A stretch of DNA of 57,504 nucleotides from Gammaproteobacteria bacterium. Lineage in GTDB: Bacteria > Pseudomonadota > Gammaproteobacteria > Magnimaribacterales > Magnimaribacteraceae. The notes below the pieces were generated by a model that ran no database searches, was not told where the DNA came from, and was given only the letters and a program-made list of their open reading frames with translations. A program made the position numbers and the translations under genes. Numbering within the stretch: the stretch's first letter is position 1; every line of letters begins with the position of its first letter. Below are positions 48,850 through 57,504 of the stretch, in pieces. The DNA lies in NCBI GenBank assembly GCA_012965075.1, contig DTSY01000153.1, positions 3,728 to 61,231 of the forward strand, written 5' to 3'.

Positions 48850-50643
48850 ATGAAAGTTGATGAAATTATAAAAGCTCAAGACCTTCCCATTAGGGACTTT
48901 GATGCAATAATTATCGGAGGAGGAGGGTCTGGGATGAGAGCTTCTCTTCAATTAGCAGAATCAGGTTTAAATACTGCTGTTATTTCTAAAGTATTCCCTA
49001 CAAGATCACACACCGTTTCCGCACAAGGAGGTATTACTTGTGCTATTCAAAGCGATGACCCTGAAGATGATTGGCGTTGGCATATGTTCGATACTGTAAA
49101 GGGATCTGATTATATTGGGGACCAAGATGCCATTGAGTATATGTGTAGTGAAGGCCCGAAAGCGGTTTTCGAACTTGAACATATGGGGATGCCTTTCTCT
49201 AGAACTGAAGAAGGAAGGATTTATCAAAGACCTTTTGGAGGGCAATCTAAAGATTATGGTAAAGGCGGACAAGCTTGCAGGACTGCTTGTGCAGCAGATA
49301 GGACGGGTCACAGTCTTTTGCATACCCTTTACCAAGCAAACCTGAAAGCAGGAACAAACTTTCTAAACGAGTGGTTTGCCATTGATTTGGTTCTCAATTC
49401 TTCCAAAGAAGTTACTGGAGTTATAGCTTTTGAAATTGAATCAGGCGAAATATTTTATATTAGATCTAAAGCTACAGTTTTAGCTACTGGGGGAGCCGGT
49501 AGAATTTACGCTTCTACCACTAATGCTCTTATTAATTCAGGAGATGGGATAGGAATGGCACTTAGAGCTGGATTACCAGTTCAAGATATTGAGATGTGGC
49601 AATTTCACCCTACGGGCATCTACGGACACGGAACCTTGGTAACAGAAGGTTGTCGAGGTGAAGGCGGTTATCTCATTAATAAAGACGGTGAAAGATTCAT
49701 GGAAAGATATGCCCCTAACACCAAAGATTTAGCCAGTAGAGACGTGGTTTCTAGAGCCATGGCACAAGAAATTCTTGAAGGTCGGGGCTGCGGTCCGCAT
49801 GAAGATCATATCAAGTTAAGACTTGATCATCTGGGAGCAGAGGTTGTTCATAAGAGATTACCTGGAATAACTGAATTATCTAAAACGTTTGCTCATGTTG
49901 ATCCTGCAGTTGAGCCAATTCCAGTTGTACCGACTTGTCACTATATGATGGGAGGAATTCCCACCAACATAAATGGTCAAGTTGTTACCTTGAAAGAGGG
50001 AAAGGATTCAGTAGTCAATGGCCTTTATGCCGCGGGAGAAGTGGCCTGTGTTTCAGTTCATGGAAGTAATAGGCTGGGCGGAAATTCTTTATTGGATCTA
50101 ATTGTGTTCGGCAGAGCTGCGGGAATTTATATTGAGGAATCTCTTAAACAAGGTTCAAGCTTAAGTCCCTCTTCTAAAGAAGACATAGATCAAGCTCTGA
50201 TTAGACTTAATAAGTTGAATGCTTCTAAAGAAGGTAAAGAAACAGCTGAATTAAAAAAGGATATGCAGGACAATATGCAAAGCAATTTTGGAGTTTTCCG
50301 AAGAGAAGATCTTATGGAAAAAGGGATCGAGGATTTAGGCAACTCAAGAGAAGCAGTAGAAAATATGTACTTGTCAGATAAATCAGTTTCATTCAACACA
50401 GCTAGAATAGAAGCACTTGAAATGCAGAATTTATTCGAAGTAGCAGAAGCTACAGCAATAACTGCTAATGAGAGAAAAGAAAGTAGAGGAGCTCATGCTA
50501 GAGATGATTACCCTGAAAGGGATGACGATAACTGGCTAAAACATTCAATTTATTTCTCTTCAACAAAATCTGTTTCCAAAAAAGATGTCAATTTTAGGCC
50601 CACAACTGTTCAGGCCTTCCAACCCACTGAGAGGTCATACTAA
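48850..50643 (+). CDS. sdhA: succinate dehydrogenase flavoprotein subunit
   Basis: 597 aa. It has [22 protein letters not shown] (covalent-FAD His), [23 protein letters not shown] and ESRGAHAR. Confidence 0.97.
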   Translation: MKVDEIIKAQDLPIRDFDAIIIGGGGSGMRASLQLAESGLNTAVISKVFPTRSHTVSAQGGITCAIQSDDPEDDWRWHMFDTVKGSDYIGDQDAIEYMCSEGPKAVFELEHMGMPFSRTEEGRIYQRPFGGQSKDYGKGGQACRTACAADRTGHSLLHTLYQANLKAGTNFLNEWFAIDLVLNSSKEVTGVIAFEIESGEIFYIRSKATVLATGGAGRIYASTTNALINSGDGIGMALRAGLPVQDIEMWQFHPTGIYGHGTLVTEGCRGEGGYLINKDGERFMERYAPNTKDLASRDVVSRAMAQEILEGRGCGPHEDHIKLRLDHLGAEVVHKRLPGITELSKTFAHVDPAVEPIPVVPTCHYMMGGIPTNINGQVVTLKEGKDSVVNGLYAAGEVACVSVHGSNRLGGNSLLDLIVFGRAAGIYIEESLKQGSSLSPSSKEDIDQALIRLNKLNASKEGKETAELKKDMQDNMQSNFGVFRREDLMEKGIEDLGNSREAVENMYLSDKSVSFNTARIEALEMQNLFEVAEATAITANERKESRGAHARDDYPERDDDNWLKHSIYFSSTKSVSKKDVNFRPTTVQAFQPTERSY

Positions 50644-51383
50644 TGAATACAACAATACCTTTAGAAGAAGTTAAAAATGTTACGTTGAGCATATATCGGT
50701 TTGATCCAGGCAAGGATAAAAAAGCTTATATGCAAGATATAGAGATAGAAGTTCCGGCGAATATGGATCTTATGGTTTTAGATGCCTTGCTTTTGGCTAA
50801 GAAGAAAGAAACTTCTCTTTCTTTTAGAAGGTCTTGTGGAGAAGGCGTGTGTGGTTCAGATGGAATGAATATAAATGGAAAGAATGGTCTAGCTTGTGTC
50901 ACTCCACTCTCAGAGGCTGTTAAAAGAAATAAATTAGTTTTGAAGCCTATGCCCGGGCTTCCTGTAATAAGGGACCTAATAGTTGACATGAAACAGTTTT
51001 TTGATCAGTTAGAGAAAGTAAAACCGTATTTAATAACCAAAGATGAGGCCCCGGAACAAGAAAGAAAGCAATCTCCAGAAGAAAGGGAAGAATTAGATGG
51101 TTTATACGAATGCATTCTATGTGGATGTTGTTCGACGGCCTGCCCCTCTTTCTGGTGGAATCCAGATAAATTTTTAGGTCCAGCAGCACTTCTGCAATCC
51201 TGGAGGTTTATAGCTGACTCAAGAGATCAAGCCACTGAGGAAAGGTTAGATGATTTAGATGATGCATTCAGTCTCTATAGATGTCATGGAATAATGAATT
51301 GTGTTTCAGTATGTCCGAAAGGACTGAATCCCACTGAAGCAATATCTAATATCAGGAAAAAGCTAATCAATAGAAAGAGCTAA
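50643..51383 (+). CDS. sdhB: succinate dehydrogenase iron-sulfur subunit
   Basis: 246 aa. It has the three cluster motifs CGEGVCGSDGMNINGKNGLAC, CILCGCCSTACP and CHGIMNCVSVCPKGL. Confidence 0.96.
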   Translation: MNTTIPLEEVKNVTLSIYRFDPGKDKKAYMQDIEIEVPANMDLMVLDALLLAKKKETSLSFRRSCGEGVCGSDGMNINGKNGLACVTPLSEAVKRNKLVLKPMPGLPVIRDLIVDMKQFFDQLEKVKPYLITKDEAPEQERKQSPEEREELDGLYECILCGCCSTACPSFWWNPDKFLGPAALLQSWRFIADSRDQATEERLDDLDDAFSLYRCHGIMNCVSVCPKGLNPTEAISNIRKKLINRKS

Positions 51384-51405
51384 AGGGGAAAAAGGGGGAA
51401 GTTTT

Positions 51406-52833
51406 ATGGCCAATCACTATGATGTAGCAATCATAGGCTCAGGTCCTGCAGGTTATGTCTCAGCTATACGCTGTGCTCAACTTGGTTTAAAAACAGTTTG
51501 TATAGAAGAAGTAGCTAACCAGAACGAAGCAGCTCTGGGAGGCACTTGCTTGAATGTTGGTTGTGTTCCTTCTAAGGCTCTTTTAGAAAGTTCTCTGATC
51601 TTTTCTAATACCAATCACAATCTAAAAGATCATGGAATAGAAGTATCTGAAGTTTCTCTAGATGTAAATGCTATGCACCTAAGAAAGGATAAGATTGTTT
51701 CTTCGCTAACCAAAGGAGTCTCTGGATTATTTAAACTAAATAAGGTAGATACAGTTCAAGGTAAGGCTTACATTTCCGATCCTCATACCATAAAGGTAAG
51801 CACAGAAGGTACAGACCAAAACATCAGAGCAGAAAATATTATTTTAGCCACAGGTTCTAGGCCTATTGAATTATCAGATTATCCATTTGATGAAGAGTTT
51901 TTGTTTAGTTCAAATGGAGCTTTAAAATTCAGTGAAGTTCCCAATAGAATTGCAGTGATTGGAGCAGGGGCAATTGGACTTGAACTAGGTAGTGTCTGGG
52001 CAAGACTGGGATCAGAAATAACCATTTACGAAGCCTTAACAGATTTTCTGCCTAACGCCGATGACAGTATCTCAAAAGAAGCCTTAAGGATATTTCAGCA
52101 ACAGGGCCTAAATATAGAACTAGGAACAGAAATAGAAAGTTTGGAGGTGATTGGCAATCAAGTAGAAGTAAAAGTTAGCAATGATGAAATAAATAATCTT
52201 CAAGTGGATAAAGTTATTTTTGCTATGGGCAGGAATCCAACTTCGAAAGGTCTTTTTGATCCCGCTCTAGGGATTCAAATAGATGACAAAGAGTTTGTTA
52301 TAGTCGATGAGCATTGCCAAACACAGGTGCCTAATATTTACGCCATAGGAGATTTAGTGAGAGGCCCCATGCTAGCCCATAAAGCTTCTGAAGAAGGCAT
52401 TATGGTTGCAGAAAGAATCGCAGGAAGAAATTATAGTTTGAATTATAAAAATATTCCTTTTGTGATTTATACCCATCCTGAAATTGCTTGGGCGGGGTAT
52501 TCAGAAAAAAGTGCATTAGAAGAAGGTATTCAAGTTGAAGTTGGCACCTTTCCATTTCAAGCTAATGCCAGAGCATTAACCTCTAATGAGAGTACTGGAT
52601 TTGTTAAAGTAGTGGTAAATCAAGAAGATGATTCAATTATAGGAGTTCATGTCTTGGGTCCCTCAGCAGCAGATGTGGTTCAGCAAGGCTTAATAGCAAT
52701 GGAATCTAATGTAACTGCAAAAGAACTGGGTTCAGTTATGTTTAGTCATCCCACTGTCTCAGAAGCATTACACGAGGCTGTTTTATCAGCAAAAGGTAAT
52801 GCAATTCATTTGAATAATAGGAAGAAAAAGTGA
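51406..52833 (+). CDS. lpd: dihydrolipoyl dehydrogenase (E3)
   Basis: 475 aa. It has IIGSGPAGY, the redox disulfide [13 protein letters not shown], the second Rossmann motif [12 protein letters not shown], and the C-terminal [11 protein letters not shown]. Confidence 0.93.
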   Translation: MANHYDVAIIGSGPAGYVSAIRCAQLGLKTVCIEEVANQNEAALGGTCLNVGCVPSKALLESSLIFSNTNHNLKDHGIEVSEVSLDVNAMHLRKDKIVSSLTKGVSGLFKLNKVDTVQGKAYISDPHTIKVSTEGTDQNIRAENIILATGSRPIELSDYPFDEEFLFSSNGALKFSEVPNRIAVIGAGAIGLELGSVWARLGSEITIYEALTDFLPNADDSISKEALRIFQQQGLNIELGTEIESLEVIGNQVEVKVSNDEINNLQVDKVIFAMGRNPTSKGLFDPALGIQIDDKEFVIVDEHCQTQVPNIYAIGDLVRGPMLAHKASEEGIMVAERIAGRNYSLNYKNIPFVIYTHPEIAWAGYSEKSALEEGIQVEVGTFPFQANARALTSNESTGFVKVVVNQEDDSIIGVHVLGPSAADVVQQGLIAMESNVTAKELGSVMFSHPTVSEALHEAVLSAKGNAIHLNNRKKK

Positions 52834-54002
52834 ATCTACATGAGTATCAAGCTAAAGGTCTCTTTAGAGAGTACGGCATCTCGGTATCGAAAGGCATCCC
52901 AGTCAATAATTGCAATGCAATAGAAGAAGCAATTAATTCTTTAGAAGGTAATCGTTGGGTGGTAAAAGCACAAGTACATGCAGGAGGAAGAGGTAAGGCC
53001 GGAGGAGTGGAGCTGGTTGATACTATCCAAGAAGCAGAAGCATTTGCAGAAAAGTGGTTAGGTAACAACTTAGTGACTTATCAAACTGATGAAAGAGGCC
53101 AACCCGTAAATACAATTCTGATAGAAGAGTGCATAGATATTGCTGAAGAGTTATATCTAGGAGCTGTGATAGATAGATCCTCACAAAGATTAGTTTTCAT
53201 GGCTTCACAAGAAGGAGGAGTAAATATAGAAGAAGTAGCTGCATCAACTCCAGAAAAAATCTTCCAAGTTGCAATTGATCCTTTAAAAGGGCCATCTTCT
53301 AATGAAGCGGATCAACTGTCGTCTCTATTAAACATGAATGAAGTTCAAAAAGAACAGTTTAAAGATTTGTATCTTTCTCTAGCTAAAATGTTTATAGAAA
53401 AAGATTTGTCTTTGTTAGAGATAAACCCCTTAGTTATAACTACAGAAGGAAATCTGATCTGTTTAGATGCGAAAGTAAATGTTGATTCCAATGCCTTATA
53501 CAGACAAGAGTCTTTGGTGAAAATAAATGATGTTTCTCAAGAGGACGAGAGAGAATCTTATGCTTCAAAATGGAATCTTAGTTATGTGTCTTTAAATGGA
53601 AATATCGGTTGTATGGTAAACGGAGCGGGTTTGGCTATGGGAACCATGGATATTATTAAACTTCATGGCGGCGAGCCTGCTAATTTTCTTGATGTCGGAG
53701 GAGCTGCGGATTCAGAGCGTGTATCAGAGGCTTTTAAAATCATTCTCTCCGATAAGGCTGTTCAGGCTGTCCTAATTAATATTTTTGGCGGCATCGTCCG
53801 TTGTGACATTATTGCTGATGGAATAATTGAAGCAGTAGAGCAAATAGGAGTAAATATACCTGTTGTTGTAAGACTAGAAGGTAATAATTCAGAGTTAGGA
53901 TCCGATAAGCTTTCCAAGAGTGGGCTAGATATAATCATCGCTTCTGGCTTAGAGGACGCAGCCAAGTTAGTTGTTGAAGCTTCTCGAAGAGGAAAATCTT
54001 GA
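52830..54002 (+). CDS. sucC: succinate--CoA ligase (ADP-forming) beta subunit
   Basis: 390 aa with a GTG start overlapping the lpd stop. It has [30 protein letters not shown] and [16 protein letters not shown]. Confidence 0.96.
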   Translation: MNLHEYQAKGLFREYGISVSKGIPVNNCNAIEEAINSLEGNRWVVKAQVHAGGRGKAGGVELVDTIQEAEAFAEKWLGNNLVTYQTDERGQPVNTILIEECIDIAEELYLGAVIDRSSQRLVFMASQEGGVNIEEVAASTPEKIFQVAIDPLKGPSSNEADQLSSLLNMNEVQKEQFKDLYLSLAKMFIEKDLSLLEINPLVITTEGNLICLDAKVNVDSNALYRQESLVKINDVSQEDERESYASKWNLSYVSLNGNIGCMVNGAGLAMGTMDIIKLHGGEPANFLDVGGAADSERVSEAFKIILSDKAVQAVLINIFGGIVRCDIIADGIIEAVEQIGVNIPVVVRLEGNNSELGSDKLSKSGLDIIIASGLEDAAKLVVEASRRGKS

Positions 54003-54871
54003 GTATTCTCATAAATAAAGATACCAAGGTAATCTGTCAGGGTTTTACCGGTTCTCAGGCAACCCAGCATTGCAAACATTGCATTGATTATGGAACAAAT
54101 TTTATGGGTGGTGTCACTCCAGGAAAAGGGGGTCAAACCCATTTAGACTTGCCAGTATTTGATACAGTTAAAGCTGCAGTCAGCGCTACCCAAGCTTCTG
54201 CTAGCTTAATATTTGTTCCGGCAAGGTTTGGTAAAGAATCTATTCTTGAGGCTGCAGAGGCAGGCATAAAATTGATTGTTTGTATTACGGAGGGCATACC
54301 AACCTTGGATATGGTAGAAGTAAAGAAAAGGTGTGATGATTTGGGCTCAAGACTGATAGGGCCAAACTGTCCAGGAGTGATCACGCCTGGAGAAAGTAAA
54401 ATGGGTATTATGCCTGGATATATTCATTTGCCTGGAAGAGTGGGCGTTATATCCAGATCAGGTACATTAACTTATGAGGCGGTGAAGCAAACTAGTGACT
54501 TAGGTTTTGGACAGAGCAGTTGTGTAGGCATAGGAGGTGATCCTATTCCTGGATCCACTTTCATTGACATGCTTCACCTCTTTGAGGACGATCCAGTCAC
54601 TGAAGCAATAGTTATGGTAGGTGAAATAGGAGGAACAGCTGAAGAGGAAGCAGCAGAATTTATCCAAAGTAATATATCAAAACCTGTGGTTTCCTATATT
54701 GCAGGTGTTACAGCTCCCTCAGGTAAAAGGATGGGTCACGCAGGCGCAATAATCGCTGGGGGAAAAGGTACTGCAGAAGAAAAATTTAAAGCACTAGAGG
54801 CCGCGGGCGTTCACACTGTTAGAAGTCCAGCAGAGATAGGTAAAGGTGTAGGAGAGATAACAGGATGGTAG
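53999..54871 (+). CDS. sucD: succinate--CoA ligase alpha subunit
   Basis: 290 aa with a TTG start. [31 protein letters not shown] and the GHAGAII phosphohistidine loop are essentially collinear with E. coli SucD. Confidence 0.96.
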   Translation: MSILINKDTKVICQGFTGSQATQHCKHCIDYGTNFMGGVTPGKGGQTHLDLPVFDTVKAAVSATQASASLIFVPARFGKESILEAAEAGIKLIVCITEGIPTLDMVEVKKRCDDLGSRLIGPNCPGVITPGESKMGIMPGYIHLPGRVGVISRSGTLTYEAVKQTSDLGFGQSSCVGIGGDPIPGSTFIDMLHLFEDDPVTEAIVMVGEIGGTAEEEAAEFIQSNISKPVVSYIAGVTAPSGKRMGHAGAIIAGGKGTAEEKFKALEAAGVHTVRSPAEIGKGVGEITGW

Positions 54872-55710
54872 ATTACAAGCATTTAGAGATCGAAGATCAG
54901 GGACAAATAATTATTTGTTATTTATCAAATCCTCCAACTCATACTTTAACAGCACAAGGGCTACTAGAAATTCACGACTTTCTTGATTCCTTGGTCACTA
55001 ATAAAGAACTAAGAATTCTAGCTTTTACTGGGGCAGGAGAAGACGTTTTTATAAGACATTATGAAGTAGGAGAATTGGCAGACTCTGCCGAGAAAAACAT
55101 TAGCCAGCAAGAAGAAACAAAGAAACTAGAAAACAATCCTATTAAAGAATTACATGGTTTTCACAAGATGCTATTAAAGATCAGAGATCTGAATGCAATT
55201 GTAGTAGCCGGTATTAATGGAAATACAGCAGGAGGGGGTTGTGAGTTTTCTTTAGGATGTGATTTGAGAGTTATGTCTTCAGGAGATTACTTTATTGGGC
55301 TACCCGAAACATCGGTAGGAATTCTCCCAGGAGGTGGTGGAACTCAAAGGTTAGCTAGGTTAATAGGATCCTCAAGGGCTTTAGATCTAATTCTGCATGG
55401 GCAGTTAATATCAAATGTTAAAGCCCTTGAATTCGGAATCATAAATGAGATTCTTCCTAAAGAGTCTTTCCTCAAATCTTTAAAAGAATACTGTCAGATT
55501 TTGGCTAACAGAGCCCCTATTGCTCTGCGAGAAGTTAAAAGAGCAATTCATAGAGGTATGGATTTACCTCTGGAAGAAGCTTTATTGATTGAGCAAGAAG
55601 CTTTTAATAAAACTATGAATTCAAAGGATGCTGCAAAGGCAATGAGGACCATGCTCAATTCTAAAGAAGAGATAGATGTAATATCCAAATTGGAATGGTC
55701 AGGGGAATAA
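54865..55710 (+). CDS. enoyl-CoA hydratase/isomerase (crotonase) family protein
   Basis: 281 aa. It has the crotonase oxyanion-hole block [22 protein letters not shown] and GLPE...[12 protein letters not shown]. It overlaps the sucD end by 7 nt. Confidence 0.85.
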   Translation: MVDYKHLEIEDQGQIIICYLSNPPTHTLTAQGLLEIHDFLDSLVTNKELRILAFTGAGEDVFIRHYEVGELADSAEKNISQQEETKKLENNPIKELHGFHKMLLKIRDLNAIVVAGINGNTAGGGCEFSLGCDLRVMSSGDYFIGLPETSVGILPGGGGTQRLARLIGSSRALDLILHGQLISNVKALEFGIINEILPKESFLKSLKEYCQILANRAPIALREVKRAIHRGMDLPLEEALLIEQEAFNKTMNSKDAAKAMRTMLNSKEEIDVISKLEWSGE

Positions 55711-55715
55711 TTCTT

Positions 55716-56741
55716 TTACTCTTCAGCTACCTTAATTACCTGTTTTCCAAAGTTTTTTCCGGAAAGAACATCTCTAAGAGCTTGGGGTGCGTTTTCTATC
55801 CCGTCGCTAACAGTCTCTCGATACTTAATTTTTCCTTCTTTTATCCAGTTTGAGAGCTCTCTGGTGGCTTCTGCCCATTCTTCAAACCATTCAGTAACTA
55901 CAAAGAATCTGTGTTCAGGAATAGGATCTAAAGCCCCAAATACGTGGAAAGGAGTTTCTTCTTTTTCAAAGTCAATCGAATTGTAGTGAGCTATGAAACC
56001 ACAAATCGGTATTCTGGCTCCTGGATTAAGGTTCTTGGCGACTGCTTTAGAAACTTCTGCTCCAACGTTTTCAAAATAAATGTCTATTCCTTCAGGACAA
56101 GCAGCCTTAAGGTCTGCTTCCAAGTTTCCAGCTTTGTAATCCACACAAGCATCAAATCCCAGTTCTTCAGTCACATAAGAGCATTTAGTTTCTCCACCAG
56201 CGACTCCTACTGCTCTGCAACCTAGAAATTTTGCCATTTGGCCTACGACAGTCCCCACAGCACCTGAGGCAGCTGAGACTACTACGGTTTCTCCAGATTT
56301 TGGTTTACCCACTCTTAATAACCCGAAATAAGCTGTTCTACCAGGCATTCCTACAGTGCCCAGGTAGGTTGAGAGTGGAACTATCTTTGGGTCCGCTTTG
56401 AATAACTGTCTGTCGTTTCCAGGAGCTACTATGTAGCTCTGCCAGCCCCGATGAACACATACATAATCACCTACACTGTAGTTATCAGATTTGCTTTCTA
56501 CCACTATTCCAACGCTTTCGCCGGTCATAACTTCACCAATTTTTATTGGATCCGCATAAGATTTAGCATCATTCATTCTGCCTCTCATATAAGGATCAAT
56601 GGATAAGTACAGGGTTTTAATTAAAATGTTTCCTTCTTCAATTTCAGGAACTGGAACTTCCTCCAATTTCCAGCAATCATCCTCTGGCATGCCTTCTGGT
56701 CTTTTATTGAGAACCCATTTTTTATTTATTTTTTCAGCCAT
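55716..56741 (-). CDS. NADP-dependent oxidoreductase, zinc-independent MDR family (YncB/CurA/PTGR1-like)
   Basis: 341 aa. It has LYLSIDPYMRGRM, GMPGRTAYFGL and the Rossmann motif VSAASGAVGTVVGQMAK. Confidence 0.85.
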   Translation of the reverse strand: MAEKINKKWVLNKRPEGMPEDDCWKLEEVPVPEIEEGNILIKTLYLSIDPYMRGRMNDAKSYADPIKIGEVMTGESVGIVVESKSDNYSVGDYVCVHRGWQSYIVAPGNDRQLFKADPKIVPLSTYLGTVGMPGRTAYFGLLRVGKPKSGETVVVSAASGAVGTVVGQMAKFLGCRAVGVAGGETKCSYVTEELGFDACVDYKAGNLEADLKAACPEGIDIYFENVGAEVSKAVAKNLNPGARIPICGFIAHYNSIDFEKEETPFHVFGALDPIPEHRFFVVTEWFEEWAEATRELSNWIKEGKIKYRETVSDGIENAPQALRDVLSGKNFGKQVIKVAEE

Positions 56742-56775
56742 CTTTTCCTTTATTTAGATTTTTTAATTTAGTTTA

Positions 56776-57003
56776 TTAATTTTTACTTCCTTGTTTTTCA
56801 ATGAGGAAATAAAAAGGTTCAGTTGAGGTTTCTTTAGTTAACAGATTATGACCTAAGAATTTACAAAATCTATCAATATCTCTTTCCGTAGAAGGGTCGG
56901 TTGCATAAAGTTCTACTTTTTCACCAGATTTTAATCCTTGCATTGCCTTGTGAAGCATCATTATAGGCTCGGGACAAAGAAGACCTTCTGCTTTAATTTT
57001 CAT
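56776..57003 (-). CDS. tusA: sulfurtransferase TusA family protein
   Basis: 75 aa. It has the LLCPEPIMML (CPxP) active-site motif and ATDPSTERDIDRFCKFLGH. Confidence 0.8.
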   Translation of the reverse strand: MKIKAEGLLCPEPIMMLHKAMQGLKSGEKVELYATDPSTERDIDRFCKFLGHNLLTKETSTEPFYFLIEKQGSKN

Positions 57004-57504
57004 ATCTGATTGTTAAATACCTATTTGTTGTGTAATTTAATCTCCAAATCATTAAGGCTGAAGCTATAACAAGACCTATGCACATGCCAACCCACATACC
57101 TTGAGCTCCGAGTTTTATGGTCCAAAAATCTGTTATTGCAAGACTGTAACCAAACGGCAGTGCAAACATCCAATAGGCTACTAACATAATTATCATTGGC
57201 CCGACAGTATCTTTGTAACCCCTTAAGCTGCCCATACCACACATGGCCAAGCTATCTGGTATTTGAAAAAAAGCAGCAAACATAAGCAGGATTACTGCCA
57301 ACTCTACAACCTCAGGATCACTCGGCCATATTGAAGTGACTACTAATTGAGCAAATAAAAGTAAGAATAAAGTGTTAAATAGGCCTAAAACCCCTCCAAA
57401 TTTGAGCGAGTAAAACGAGCTGTATCTGGCTGCTTGAAAGTCTCTTTCTCCAACTTTATTTCCTACCCTCACTGCAGCTGCCATACCTATACTTAACGGG
57501 ACCA
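56993..57504 (-). CDS. MATE-family efflux transporter, C-terminal part (gene continues beyond the window end)
   Basis: The frame is open to the window edge. It has about 6 TM segments and MATE-like blocks (..AVRVGN.VG....A........G.......QIPD.......G.LRGYKDT..PM). The stop overlaps the tusA start by 11 nt. Confidence 0.8.
   Translation of the reverse strand, partial: VPLSIGMAAAVRVGNKVGERDFQAARYSSFYSLKFGGVLGLFNTLFLLLFAQLVVTSIWPSDPEVVELAVILLMFAAFFQIPDSLAMCGMGSLRGYKDTVGPMIIMLVAYWMFALPFGYSLAITDFWTIKLGAQGMWVGMCIGLVIASALMIWRLNYTTNRYLTIRYEN

Overview
This is an AT-rich (roughly mid-30s % GC by eye), very gene-dense chromosomal segment from what looks like a streamlined gammaproteobacterium. I call about 70 CDS. 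Many have 1-4 nt start/stop overlaps, and most intergenic spacers are under 100 bp. There is one tRNA-Lys(UUU). I found no rRNA, CRISPR array, IS element or prophage. The content is almost entirely housekeeping. From memory, the gene order matches several Pseudomonas-type syntenic blocks joined together: (rpsF?)-rpsR-rplI-dnaB; pyrG-kdsA-eno-ftsB-ispD-ispF-surE-pcm-[DUF368]-fdxA-cinA/pncC-recA; proS; fmdB-like-aspS-yebC-[X]-ybgC-tolQRAB-pal-cpoB-tRNA-Lys-crcB; a few small uncharacterised genes; hinT, bepA, an AI-2E transporter, bcp; dapA-bamC-purC; a korBA plus GltD-like flavo-FeS operon; iscRSUA-fdx-iscX-ndk-rodZ-ispG-hisS-yfgM-bamB-der; ptrB and an MFS gene; sdhCDAB-lpd-sucCD; a crotonase, an MDR oxidoreductase, tusA, and a partial MATE gene. 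The interesting signal is what is missing from, or substituted in, conserved slots. (1) A 136-aa PD-(D/E)XK protein with Hjc-like motifs sits exactly where ruvC-ruvA-ruvB is expected. (2) sucA-sucB are cleanly absent between sdhB and lpd, while a translationally coupled KorAB 2-oxoacid:acceptor oxidoreductase operon with a GltD-like flavoprotein/2x[4Fe-4S] partner lies elsewhere in the window. (3) That partner ORF carries an N-terminal extension resembling a tyrosine-integrase N-terminal domain. (4) hscB-hscA are absent from the isc operon, and a perfect 13-bp tandem repeat marks the junction. (5) ProRS lacks the INS editing domain. (6) An FmdB-like protein has lost all zinc-ribbon cysteines. 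(7) There is a frameshifted TusA-like gene. (8) nlpD-rpoS, mutS, recX, truD and rlmN are not in their syntenic slots. Every absence claim applies only to this window. All family assignments rest on motif recognition and remembered reference sequences, not on database searches.
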